Source: Macrostomum lignano
Lineage: Eukaryota
DNA length: 64,000 nucleotides
Assembly (NCBI GenBank): GCA_002269645.1
Contig: NIVC01001045.1
Location: 1-64,000, forward strand
Direction: 5' to 3'
Position 1 is the first letter of the stretch; every line of letters starts with the position of its first letter. The position numbers were made by a program, and so were the translations under genes. Positions 49,113-62,600 of this stretch are shown piece after piece. The notes beneath the pieces were generated by a model. It searched no databases and had not been told where the DNA came from. It saw only the letters and a list, made by a program, of their open reading frames with translations.

Positions 49113-50634
49113 AGCTATACAAATCTAAATGTACTTTATATAAAAGCCATGGACGGACAGCATTTGAGTAAAAGTAATGTCGGATGAAAGGCTTTATGTC
49201 TAAATAATTGGACTTTCGCGTGCTCTTCAACCTCGCAATTGCAAATTTATTCGCCATAAAACAATGCCGACAGGGTGCCGTGTTATTACTTAATTGCAGG
49301 AAGGTTCGAGTTAATTTTCTGCGATCTTGGCCAAGGAGGCCCAGAACGTAGATCTTGAGTGGCGACTTTTTCTCGAACCAAAGTTTACGCATAAGATGGC
49401 CTTCTAGTCTTTCTTATCTCTCCAGAGAAGTTTACTCGCTTTTTTAGAGACTTATTGACTCAGCTCTCTAGAGAATTGCTGACTCATCTCTCTAAGTCTA
49501 GAGACTTGTTGACTCAGCTCTCTAGAGACTCGTTGACTCATATCTCTAGAGACACTGAGTCGTCTCTCTAGAGACTTGTTGACTCAGCTCTCTAGAGACA
49601 GAGTCGTCTCTCTAGAGAAGTTCTTTTATTCTGTCTTATTTTTTCAGATTGTGGCTGACTCGGCTCTCTATAAAGTTGACTGGTCCAGTTTATAAGTTGA
49701 AATTTTCTTGTTTAAAAAACTTAACTTTAGTCGTGAGTGCAGGGGCTCTTGTTCTACTGCTCAGACTTTTTTAGTCAAACATGAAGAGTTTGTTCAGCTT
49801 TAAAATGAGACCAAGTATAACTGGGGGGGGGGCTTTGGCCTCCTTGGCATGACCAATTATTTAATCGGCCAGGGCTCCAGCCTAATCACCTGAAGCGTCG
49901 GCAAAATTGGAATTAGGTAAGCATTAGAAGTAGATTGGCATATTAGCGCGACAAAAACAATAGAGAGTTGCATGTTTAGCAAGGCTGTTCCATGTTTTGA
50001 ATTGCACAAAATGTGCCCTCGATGTTGGCATTTTTAGTCTCTAGCCTTGGCTATATAGAGTTACCTTGTATTTTAATAATTCTCTCGAGACCAAGGACTA
50101 TTAACTTAATGTTACTTGGATTAGATTCAATCTGATATTAATTGTTGTATTAGCAGTGTCCAGTCCAGCTGCTATTCGTAAAACATCCTTGGGCATCTCT
50201 TGCATTTCTTGAGATGCGTTCGTGCAGGTTTGTTGCGCGCAAGCACGAGAGAAAGCGCTCACCTCCACTTACCCCGCCTCTTCTCAGCTTTCTACCTTAC
50301 TCAAACTCAGAGAAATGCAGCAGCAGCCACCGCAGTGCCAAAGGCTCTCAGACCCCACCCCTCCAACAAGACGTATTGTCTGCTTAACTTGGACAAACAA
50401 ACACAGAGAAGAGAAGAGAGGCAGACAAGACGCGAGAGAGAGAGAGAGAGAGAAAAAAAAATAAAGCAGCACTTTGCTTGCAACGAAACGACTGACTGCG
50501 GACTGCCCGTTCTCTTTTAGGAAAGCGCCCAAAGCACAGGCGTCAGCAGAAACAGAAGCAGAAGCAGAAACGCAGGGGTCGCGCTGGATAAGAACTACCA
50601 TCACAAGTTGGACTCGGGCAGAGCTGTGCCCGAC

Positions 50635-53600
50635 ATGGCTGCTACAGCAGGAAATGGCAGCATGGACTCTGTGACTACGCCAGCCAGTAAGTATGACTAT
50701 TGCAGATCTACCGAATGGTACATCTTCCTGGGCTGCAGTTTCGGAGTCTATGTCTGCATGCTCATACTCATCAGCGTCGGGCGGGTCGTCTGTCGGAGGA
50801 GTAAGCATCCCGAGGACAGTTCGGAAACTGACCAAGATGAAGACGAATTAAGCGGACAGCCTCACAGGCTGGGTAGTCAGGCTGGCATTGTCACCAGGGT
50901 TCACCTGTACAGCATGGCGCTGATGAAGGGAGCCAACAATCTGGGGAAATTTATGGTAAGTACATGTAGATTTTTTTCTATTTTAAACTTTTATTAGGAT
51001 CAAGATATTTTGTGCGAAGATGGGGGGTGTTACAGGTATGCACTGATGGGAAGATAATAGGGTAGGGAAACACAAAAGAGAGAGTCTTTGAGAGAGGAAT
51101 AGGGTACACTGAATGCGGTAAAGAGGATAGGATGGAGAGGATGGGATAGAGAGGATGGGATAGAGACGATAGGATAGAGACGATGGGATAGAGAGGATGG
51201 GATAGAGACGATAGGATAGAGATTATGGGATAGAGACGATGGGATAGAGACGATGGGATAGAGACGATGGGATAGAGACGATGGGATAGAGACGATGGGA
51301 TAGAGACGATGGGATAGAGACGATGGGATAGAGACGATGGGATAGAGATGATGGGATAGAGACGATGGGATAGCGAAGATGTGGATAGAGAGGATGTGGT
51401 AAAATATCTATTTTTATCAATATTCATAGGATTTAGACTGTCTACTAAAAATGCTATCAAAACATTTTTGCAACGATTAAATTTTTGCGTCTAACAAAAA
51501 ACTTGCAGCCAAGTTTTTTCCAAGGTGGTGACAAAAAAGCAGAAGAGTAGATAAAAAATTGAAGTTGGCTTTTTACAAAATGCGTATGTCATTATTCTAA
51601 CCTAATTCTAAGACCCATTAGTAAGGACTCTTAATTCACTTTATATCTGCTAATCGATGGTTATGACACCATTCTTGTTGATTTTTTCAGCTTCCATCAA
51701 TTGCGTACTAACCAAAACCAGCGTTGCTTAACTGACCAATAGCAGGAAGACTCGTTAAACACTAACCTATGCCTAGGACCCCATCATTGCAGTGATTCTT
51801 AGGCTTTTACACATCAGCAGCTCTCTATCGTTAACAAATTTCAGTTGGTGATTCACTCCCTCTGCGTCATCGCGTCCTTCGTCATCTACATCCTGATGAC
51901 CTATCAGTTCACAGACATCCAGACCGGGCCAATGGAAAGTCGCACTTTGTTGGTGTGCCATTCTACAAAGCATTTTCCTGTTGTGCACGTGGACTTTGCG
52001 ATTAACTTGTTCTATCTGGGATTTTTTATCATCAGGGTGAGATGCATTTTCTTCTTCTTTCGACTCGCTTGTACGTACTGGTGCAAGTTTTAGAATTCCT
52101 ATGCAAACACTGCGTTTGCTAAGTTATTTTCGCTACATATCGGCACTTGGTACAGATTTATAGAATTCTTAATGTGCACAGCCATCGACACGGATCACTG
52201 AGCTGGATTTCCTGACTCACTTGAATCTCTGACTCTGACTCTCGTGGTTCTCCAGAATCTGATTCTTTTCTGGCTGACTAACTCCGCCGCTCCTGACTCT
52301 CTAGCTCTCTGACTCTCTTGACTCTCTGACTCTCCTGACTCTCCTGACTCTCCTGACTCACTGACTCTCCTGACTCTCCCGACTCTCCTGACTCTCCCGA
52401 CTCTCCTGACTCTCCCGACTCTCCTGACTCTCCCGACTCTCCTGACTCTCCCGACTCTCCTGACTCTCCCGACTCTCCTGACTCTCCTGACTCTCTGACC
52501 ACTGGCTCTCCCGAATCTTGTGACTCTCTGACTCTGACTCTCCTGACTCTCTGACTCTCCCTGACTGTGACTCTCCCGACGCTCTGACTCTCCCTGACTG
52601 TGACTCTCCCGACGCTCTGACTCTCCCTGACTGTGACTCTCCCGACTCTCTGACTCTCCCTGACTGTGACTCTCCCGACTCTCTGACTCTCACTGACTGT
52701 GACTCTCTAACTCGGATTCTATGAGTAACGACTGCTTGGTTTATCGCTAATAAATATTCGAAAGAAAATTATCAAAAAAACTTCAATTCCAGCTTCTGTC
52801 AAGCAATTCACTGCAAGCATTCTGGCTGACCTTGGACACCATGGCTGACCACCTCACCCTGATCCCTTCCGTCATCATGTATGCCCTCAACAAGCACATG
52901 ATTGGTAAGCAGCCCGGGCTATCACTGCAGAACTGGAGTTTTTCCATAGTTGCTAAATGAATTGGGTCACAAACCAGCTTCGATTGAATAAGCCACCTTC
53001 ATTCACGCCACTGCACTTCAGTGTTCCAGTTCGCAAGAATCAATGGTCTGAAGTATTTGGTGAACTCCATGATCTATTGCAACATCCTGCGCACTGAGAA
53101 GTACATCAGACTGGTGTCCCTGCTGATTAGAATCATCTCCATCTGGGCCATCAGTGCGGGCCTCTACCAGCTGGTGAGTGTCCTCCCGGCACTCTCCCCC
53201 TGCACTCTCCCCTGCACGCTCCCCCGGCACTCTCCCCCTGCACTCTCCCCTGCACGCTCCCCCTGCACTCTCCCCTGCACTCTCCCCTGCACTCTCCCCT
53301 GCACTCTCCCCTGCACTCTCCCCCTGCACTGCACTCTCCTCCTGCACTCTCCCCTGCACTCTCCCCTGCACTCTACCCTGCACTCTCCTCCCGCACTCTC
53401 CTCCCGCACTCTCCCCTGCACTCTCCCCTGCACTCTCCCCTGCACTCTCCCCTGCACTCTCCCCTGCACTCTCCTTCCGCACTCTCCTTCCGCACTCTCC
53501 CCTGCACTCTCTCCTGCACTCTCCCCTGCACTCTCCCCTGCACTCTCCCCTGCACTCTCCCCTGCACTCTCCCCTGCACTCTCCCCTGCACTCTCCCCTG

Positions 53601-56600
53601 CACTCTCCCCTGCACTCTCCTTCCGCACTCTCCCCTGCACTCTCCTCCCTGCACTCTCCTCCCTGCACTCTCTCCGTGCACTCTCCCCCTGCACTCTCCC
53701 CTGCACTCTCCTCCCTGCACTCTCCCCTGCACTCTCCTCCCTGCACTCTCCCCGTGCACTCTCCCCTGCACGCTCCCCCGGCACTCTCCCCCTGCACTCT
53801 CCCCTGCACGCTCCCCCTGCACTCTCCCCTGCACTCTCCCCTGCACTCTCCTCCCTGCACTCTCCCCCTGCACCCTCCCCCGCACTCTCCCCCTGCACTT
53901 TCCCCCTGCACTCTCCTCCCTGCACCCTCCCCCGCACTCTCCTCCCTGCACTCTCCCCCTGCACCCTCCCCCTGCACCCTCCCCCGCACCCTCCCCCTGC
54001 ACTCTCCCCCTGCACCCTCCCCCTGCACCCTCCCCCGCACCCTCCCCCTGCACTCTCCCCCTGCACCCTCCCCCGCACTCTCCCCCTGCATTCTCCTCCC
54101 TGCACGCTCCTCCCTGTATCCTCCCTGCATTCTCCTTCCCTGCATTCTCCTTGCCTGCATTCTCCTCCCTGCACTCTCCTTCCCTGCATTCTCCACCCTT
54201 CAATCTCTTTCTTCCATTCGCCATACCACAATCGCCCAACACCAACCAGATTGAGAACGTGGGCGATTTCTGGCGCAAAGACGGCCTGACCAACGCTGTG
54301 TTTCACCAATACCACGATTGCTTCTACTATATGCTGATCACAATGAGCACAGTTGGCTACGGCGATATTTCGCCTCACTCCGTGATTGGAAAATTTTACA
54401 TCATCATTTTTATTGTTGTGGCGTTGGTAAGTTAACAGGCATGGACACTTGTCTTGTGTAAGGGTAACAACATGACCAGTATAAACATCATATCATTGTA
54501 GGGGCTGTTCACCAGCATCATTCCCGAGGTGTCCGACATTTTGACCGAGAAGAAAAAGTACAGAAGAAATCGAGTACACTTGAAGTCAGGAAAAAAGTAA
54601 GCTGAGAAAGAAAAGGACCCCAGTGATCTCTGATTGAGCCCGCATGTTGACTTCAAATTTCAGACACGTGGTTGTGGTTGGAAAGTTCACCTGCCAAATG
54701 ATGAAGACATTTTTCGACGATTTTTTTCATTCCGAGAGAGCCTCCAACGCGCGCGAATACGTTGCTATGCTGGGACTGTAAGTGCGAGAAATTTTCAGGA
54801 ATTTTAAAGAGTTTATTGCTCGTAGATATTTTTGACACAATCAGCCTCAATGCACCCCTTGCGATCAAATCAAATCAACTAATCAAATTATTCAAGGCCA
54901 TTCAAAATGGAAATTTCTCTAGCAGATACGTCTAGCTCAAGGTCACTCAGAGTGGAAATTTCTCTAGCAGATACGTCTAGCTCAAGGTCACTTAGAGTGG
55001 AAATTTCTCTAGCAGATACGTCTAGCTCAAGGTCACTTAGAGTGGAAATTTCTCTAGCAGATACGTCTAGCTCAAGGTCACTTAGAGTGGAAATTTCTCT
55101 AGCAGATACGTCTAGCTCAAGGTCACTCAGAGTGGAAATTTCTCTAGCAGATACGTCTAGCTCAAGGTCACTTAGAGTGGAAATCTCTCTAGCAGATACG
55201 TCTAGCTCAAGGTCACTTAGAGTGGAAATCTCTCTAGCAGATACGTCTAGCTCAAGGTCACTTAGAGTGGAAATTTCTCTAGCAGATACGTCTAGCTCAA
55301 GGTCACTTAGAGTGGAAATCTCTCTAGCAGATACGTCTAGCTTAAAGTCGCTCAGAGTGGAAATTTCTCTAGCAGATACGTCTAGCTTAAAGTCGCTCAG
55401 AGTGGAAATTTCTCTAGCAGATACGTCTAGCTCAAGGTCACTCAGAGTGGAAATCTCTCTAGCAGATACGTCTAGCTTAAAGTCGCTCAGAGTGGAAATT
55501 TCTCTAGCAGATACGTCTAGCTCAAGGTCATTGGGATGAGGGACAACATCGCCGAAGGCGTTGCGCTAGGGTGCCCGCGGCCCCTGAAATTATAATTATT
55601 TATCATATTAGTACACTATTTTTACTATATCATGGGGCGCCAATTTTCTAGTTGAGAGGTCGCCGAAAGTTACATTATCTCCGCATAAAGTACATCATTT
55701 TCCATCCAATAAAACTTTAGCGACGAGCCGGACCTGGAGCTGAAAGCGCTGATCAAGACCCGGGAGCTGTACGTGACCTACCTGCAGGGGAGCGTCATGT
55801 GCGTGAAAGACCTGCAGCGAGCCTGCTTGAAACAAGCCTCGGCCGTTGTTGTCATCTCCGATCAGCAGACTCGAAACGAAGAGGACGAAGATATGAAAAA
55901 TATCATGCGGGTGATTGCGGTCAAGGATTTTTGTCCGGATGTCCAGGTGCTGGTGCAGCTACAGCTCTATAGGAGCAAAACCTACCTGAGGAATATTCCT
56001 GACTGGAGGCCAATGCATGGGGACCAGGTGAGATTTCGCTGAAGAGAATAAAACCTATGAGAGATAACGTCACACGCTAGATTGAGATTATGAGATCACC
56101 TGACTGACTAAAATTGCGTCACCTACAAGTGAGCTTTGACCTTTAGGATGACGTCACCAGCTAGTATAGACTGAGATGACGTCACCACATCATCAGCTAG
56201 TATAGACTGAAGTGCAGTCACTAGCTAGTATAAACTGAGATGACGTCACCAGCTAGTATAAGACTGGACCATAGATAATTAATTAGTGTTTTTAGTATTT
56301 GTGGACTGGACTAAGACAACCTGGTTTTCGAACCTTCGGGGAACTGACATCACGTTAAACTGAAATGAAGTCAAAATCAAGATGACGTCATCTTTAAGAC
56401 GGAGATGATTCTTCATTACCTTAATTAACTTTGTAACCGAAAAAGTGTAAATAAACTTTTCAGGCTATCTGCATTAACGAGCTTAAATACGGGATTCTAG
56501 CTCAGAGCTGCCTTGTTCCCGGCCTGTCAACTCTGCTCTGCAACTTGCTCATGCTGCGCTCCTGCAAAAGCAACCAGTTCCCACAGTTCTCTTGGCAGGA

Positions 56601-59600
56601 AGCTTACTTGCACGGAGTTGAGTACGAATTCTACAAGGTAAGTGACCAAGTTCATGCAGTTCGTATAAGAAAAACTGGATGGGACCACTCGGCTAACTCA
56701 ATGTACATAAGTAGGCTTTACTGTGTACGATGCTATCCTCTCTTTCCTCCTTGAATTTCTATTGGATAATTCTCTCGACCAGTTATTTTTGCCAAGGTCA
56801 ATCACGTGTTGGCTGAGTGAGGGAAAGTACTATATCCAAGGACTTCGTACAAAGGGGCTTCCACAATAAACTTATTAAAATTTCTCAAAATAGCAGCCAC
56901 TTAAAACAATCAATCAATAAAATGGTGTAAGAACTTATTATTGATAGGAACTGGGACATGTCTTAATCCTTTAATGGAGGGGCCATTTTAAGCCCCTTTT
57001 AAAATCAGCCGACACGTGACTGACCTTGAAGACTGACCTTTCTCGGTTTCCTCGAGAAAAGTTCTAAAAATAGCAACCAATAATAACCATCAGCCAATGA
57101 TACTCGGACTTAAATTAATGAATCTCAGGTTCGATTCTCAGCCAATTTCAACGGCATGACTTTTCTAAAAGCGGCTGAAGTGTGCGCAGACAGACTGGGC
57201 ATTGTCCTCCTGGCTGTGGAGGATGGGAAAAGTGGTCAGAGGCGTACTATTATTAACCCTGGCTGTGGATTAAAGATCGACACGGACGTTATGGAAGCTT
57301 TTGTGATTGCCACTGACGAGCGAGAGGCCAGACGGTAGGTTGTTTAGCTTCCTTATTTATTTACACAATAGCTTTGCCTAATCGATGTGATTCTTTAGCT
57401 AATCTATACTGTAATATAGGCATCTGTACTGTAATTTAGGCATCTGTACTGTAATTTAGGCATCGTTCCAGTATGTTATGAGTCTTTACTGTAATTTTGG
57501 GATCCGCACAGTTATTAAAAATCCGACTTTACTCATTTAAACTTACCCGCCAAGTACTTGATCGATAAGTCAACAATCCAGCCTCGTGGCAAGTACCGCC
57601 TAAGTACTTTCCAAGTTTTCCAAGTACATTCGATAAGAACTTTCCAAGTCTGCAATGTTATCTCCAGTCACTTCTCAAGTAATTTCCAAGTACTTGGATG
57701 TAGAGACCGGGCGTGTACGTTGTAAACTTTGCAAGTCGATTGAAATTGGGCAACAACATTGCACACTTTTTAAGTTCATGACAATGATACTTTGCAAACT
57801 TGGTAAGTCAATAATGTCATCCAAGTACATGGTTGACTTGGGAAGTTTAGCATGTTTTTCCCGGATACGGTGTAGCAACTGCCTACATGCATAATCAAGG
57901 AAAAAGTCTTTTAATGAAATAGTCACAGAGTGTTTTGTTAAAACTTTGTAATTGAATTTTTATAGCCTATCAGATTATGCTTGTGTATCAAGCAACTCGC
58001 GTAAGTACTCAATATTTTTTAAACACTATTTACATCAATAAGTTTAAAACTCTAATATTTATTCTAAACCGTCATTTGAATTGACGCAAACTCCTCGTGC
58101 ACTTTAACAAACGTTTTCTTTCATTAATTGTTAAAAAAAATTTTACGCGATAACTGGACATTGTTTTGTGCACTAGCAGCAGCTTAACAAAACTTTAAAC
58201 TTCAAGTATTATAAATCGAATGAATTTTCTTAATTTTTACAATAAAACGGTCATTCCCCGAAACTTCACTCCCCAGATTTCACTCGCCTAAAAAAACTAC
58301 TCCAAACATCTCACGCTGGCCCCTAAAATTTTCAGTCCCAGAAATCTACAGCCTAAAGACACTCACTTAGCTGGGGATACTTCCAACTGATGTAATCCGT
58401 TTCTAGTGCTCCAAAATCAGGGACTACTTAACAACTTAGGACGTGACACTCGCGAGTTGTTAAGTAGTCCTTGCAAAAAATATGCTGGAAGATTTTTTTG
58501 AGTCCACAGCGCACCGCAGTTTCACCCGCTCCAGCTACTACTCATCAGATTAATAATTACGCGTATATTTAAACTCACCAATAAGCGCGGCAACTGCTGC
58601 AGCCACCTGCTTTTCCGCTCACGCGATCTCTAAAACTGCCGCAACTAACCCGCTCGCAGAGTGACCACTTACTTGGTTGAGCAACCGCGCGACTGCCAAT
58701 GCTGCGGCTTCTCGTGGGGCCGCGGTCAGCGGGTTACCCCATCATCGGCTGAGGTGACCAGCTGTGTGAGACTAAATAGCATTGTAGTCAGCGCTGCAGA
58801 GGCTGGTGAGTTCTGCTCATCTGGACTCGCAGACCGCTAACCTAGAGCTGCTGGCTTAGGCTTTGGTAACTGCAACTCTTGAAACCATGGCGGCGCGCTG
58901 TGGACCTCACCTGAGATATTTTATCAAGAACCAATCCTGCTACGAGTAACAGATTTTAGCCAAGCTTTTATGTTACTAGCGTAGTATGTATGCTATTTTA
59001 TTGTCTAACAAATAAACTAACTTGAAGTTTTTTTAACTTTAAGTTTAGTGTTAAATTTTCTAAATACTTAAAAGATTACTCATATAACTGATCTGTCAGT
59101 AAGGGGTCGCGAAATCTGATGGATTCCTCAGTGTGATTGTCGGGAAATCTGATGGATTCCTCAGTGTGATTGTCGCGAAATCTGATGGATTCCTCAGTGT
59201 GGTTGTCGCGAAATCTGATGGATTCCTCAGTGTGATTGTCGGGAAATCTGATGGATTCCTCAGTGTGATTGTCGGGAAATCTCATGGATTCCTCAGTGTG
59301 GTTGTCGGGAAATCTGATGGATTCCTCAGTGTGGTTGTCGCGAAATCTGATGGATTCCTCAGTGTGATTGTCGGGAAATCTGATGGATTCCTCAGTGTGG
59401 TTGTCGGGAAATCTGATGGATTCCTCAGTGTGGTTGTCGCGAAATCTGATGGATTCCTCAGTGTGATTGTCGGGAAATCTGATGGATTCCTCAGTGTGAT
59501 TGTCGGGAAATCTCATGGATTCCTCAGTGTGGTTGTCGGGAAATCTCATGGATTCCTCAGTGTGGTTGTCGGGAAATCTGATGGATTCCTCAGTGTGGTT

Positions 59601-62600
59601 GTCGCGAAATCTGATGGATTCCTCAGTGTGATTGTCGGGAAATCTGATGGATTCCTCAGTGTGATTGTCGGGAAATCTCATGGATTCCTCAGTGTGGTTG
59701 TCGGGAAATCTCATGGATTCCTCAGTGTGGTTGTCGGGAAATCTGATGGATTCCTCAGTGTGGTTGTCGCGAAATCTGATGGATTCCTCAGTGTGATTGT
59801 CGGGAAATCTCATGGATTCCTCAGTGTGGTTGTCGGGAAATCTGATGGATTCCTCAGTGTGGTTGTCGGGAAATCTGATGGATTCCTCAGTGTGATTGTC
59901 GGGAAATCTCATGGATTCCTCAGTGTGATTGTCGGGAAATCTGATGGATTCCTCAGTGTGGTTGTCGCGAAATCTGATGGATTCCTCAGTGTGATTGTCG
60001 GGAAATCTGATGGATTCCTCAGTGTGATTGTCGGGAAATCTCATGGATTCCTCAGTGTGGTTGTCGGGAAATCTGATGGATTCCTCAGTGTGGTTGTCGG
60101 GAAATCTGATGGATTCCTCAGTGTGATTGTCGCGAAATCTGATGGATTCCTCAGTGTGGTTGTCGGGAAATCTCATGGATTCCTCAGTGTGGTTGTCGGG
60201 AAATCTGATGGATTCCTCAGTGTGATTGTCGGGAAATCTGATGGATTCCTCAGTGTGATTGTCGGGAAATCTGATGGATTCCTCAGTGTGATTGTCGCGA
60301 AATCTGATGGATTCCTCAGTGTGATTGTCGGGAAATCTGATGGATTCCTCAGTGTGGTTGTCGGGTAATCTCATGGATTCCTCAGTGTGATTGTCGGGTA
60401 ATCTCATGGATTCCTCAGTGTGATTGTCGGGAAATCTCATGGATCTCTCAGTGTGGTTGTCTGGAAATCTCATGGATTCCTCAGTGTGATTGTCGGGAAA
60501 TCTCATGGATCCCTCAGTGTGATTGTCGGGAAATCTGATGCATTCCTCAGTGGGTATCGGGAACTCTCATGGATCTCTCAGAACTGGTTCAACCGTAATA
60601 CTAACAGTAGTGTATAGTAGTTGCATATAATAAAATTTTACACTATCTGAATTTGCAGTCAAACTGGACTCCAGCCTGGACTATCGCGGCTGCAGCGAAA
60701 ACCCGGACAGCTGTCGACACGGAGAAAAGCTTAGGTAAAGTCTATTCTGTTTTAATAAATTTATAGCAATATAATACCTAGGCAAAATTCGTCAATAAAT
60801 AATTAAAATACAATAATTTGCGTCTTAGCACTCGCAACGACAATCGGCCACTTTTTGAGCTTGAGTACATTGTTGATGGAGAATGTGAGCAGTAAGTATT
60901 ACTAGAGGCTAACTTTAGGAATAAAAGTTTATCAACTTTTTTTATAAGTAAAAGCAGTCTTTTTATATACGCTTCTTTTTTCTAAATCACCAAATTATAA
61001 GAAAATAACACCTTACCAAGCAGATCAATATTGTATAGTGCTGAACTTATATTTTGTGCGCACGTAGAAAAATTATAACTATACACATTTTGTTTTATTG
61101 TTTATTTATAATCTTGTAGTTTAAGCACGTTTAATTAGAAGCCATTATCATATTTTATTTTGCCTTTTCTGGGCAATTTAATTAGCCGGTTTCGTTACGT
61201 TCTTGCACGCTCTGCTACCACTTTGTAGCGTCTGCTAGATCAGAAGCCAAATGTGCACACAATATTAGATTCAGCATGTGGGGCAGGGAGTGAGGTGGGC
61301 GTCGCGAGAAAGGCAGGAAGAAGCCAATGGGCACACTTATCGGATTCAGCATGTGGGGCAGGGAGTGAGGTGGGCGTCGCGAGAAAGGCAGGAAGAAGCC
61401 AATGGGCACACAATATCAGATTCAGCATGTGGGGCAGGGAGTGAGGTGGGCGTCGCGAGAAAGGCAGGAAGAAGCCAATGGGCACACAATATCAGATTCA
61501 GCATGTGGGGCAGGGAGTGAGGTGGGCGTCGCGAGAAAGGCAGGAAGAAGCCAATGGGCACACAATATCAGATTCAGCATGTGGGGCAGGGAGTGAGGTG
61601 GGCGTCGCGAGAAAGGCAGGAAGAAGCCAATGGGCACACAATATCAGATTCAGCATGTGGGGCAGGGAGTGAGGTGGGCGTCGCGAGAAAGGCAGGAAGA
61701 AGCCAATGGGCACACAATATCAGATTCAGCATGTGGGGCAGGGAGTGAGGTGGGCGTCGCGAGAAAGGCAGGAAGAAGCCAATGGGCACACTTATCGGAT
61801 TCAGCATGTGGGGCAGGGAGTGAGGTGGGCGTCGCGAGAAAGGCAGGAAGAAGCCAATGGGCACACAATATCAGATTCAGCATGTGGGGCAGGGAGTGAG
61901 GTGGGCGTCGCGAGAAAGGCAGGAAGAAGCCAATGGGCACACTTATCGGATTCAGCATGTGGGGCAGGGAGTGAGGTGGGCGTCGCGAGAAAGGCAGGAA
62001 GAAGCCAATGGGCACACAATATCAGATTCAGCATGTGGGCAGGGAAGAAGGTGAGTGTCTGGAAAAGAGCCAAGTGGAAGCTTGGAAATGATTGCTCCAA
62101 TCAATCTGCAGACTTTGCTCGGTGGACGCTGGGAACCAAAATGAAGGAGCCTCATCATCGGAGTCTGAGCGCATCCTGTTGGACTCGAGCGGCTACTTCC
62201 ACTGGGCCCCGAATCACTCGATGGAGCAGGCGATGCTGCAGCCGAATACGCAGTACAATTTTCACGGTCACATTGTCGTCTGCGTGATGGAGAAGAGCGG
62301 CAAGGTGTGCCTGAACCTCACCACCTTTGTGATGCCACTGCGAGCTAGCAGCATCAGGCCCAGCAAGCTGAAGGACATCGTTTTCGTTGGAGCTATCGAC
62401 GTCATTCGCAACGAGTGGCCAATCATACAGAATTTTCCAAGAATTCACGTTCTAGATGTGAGCTGGTTAATTGTTTGATTTTTATAGGAACAAAATTTGG
62501 ACGCCTCACCACGAATGAGACAGTTTGTAAGGATTCAGTCACAGGTGAGACAAACAGGTCATAATGACTCAGCCACAGGTGGGACACACAGGTCATAATG

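Noticed and set aside
59076-60506. 476-aa FPDNHTEESIR repeat protein
   Set aside because: 33-bp intronic minisatellite with both strands open and no unique coding flanks.
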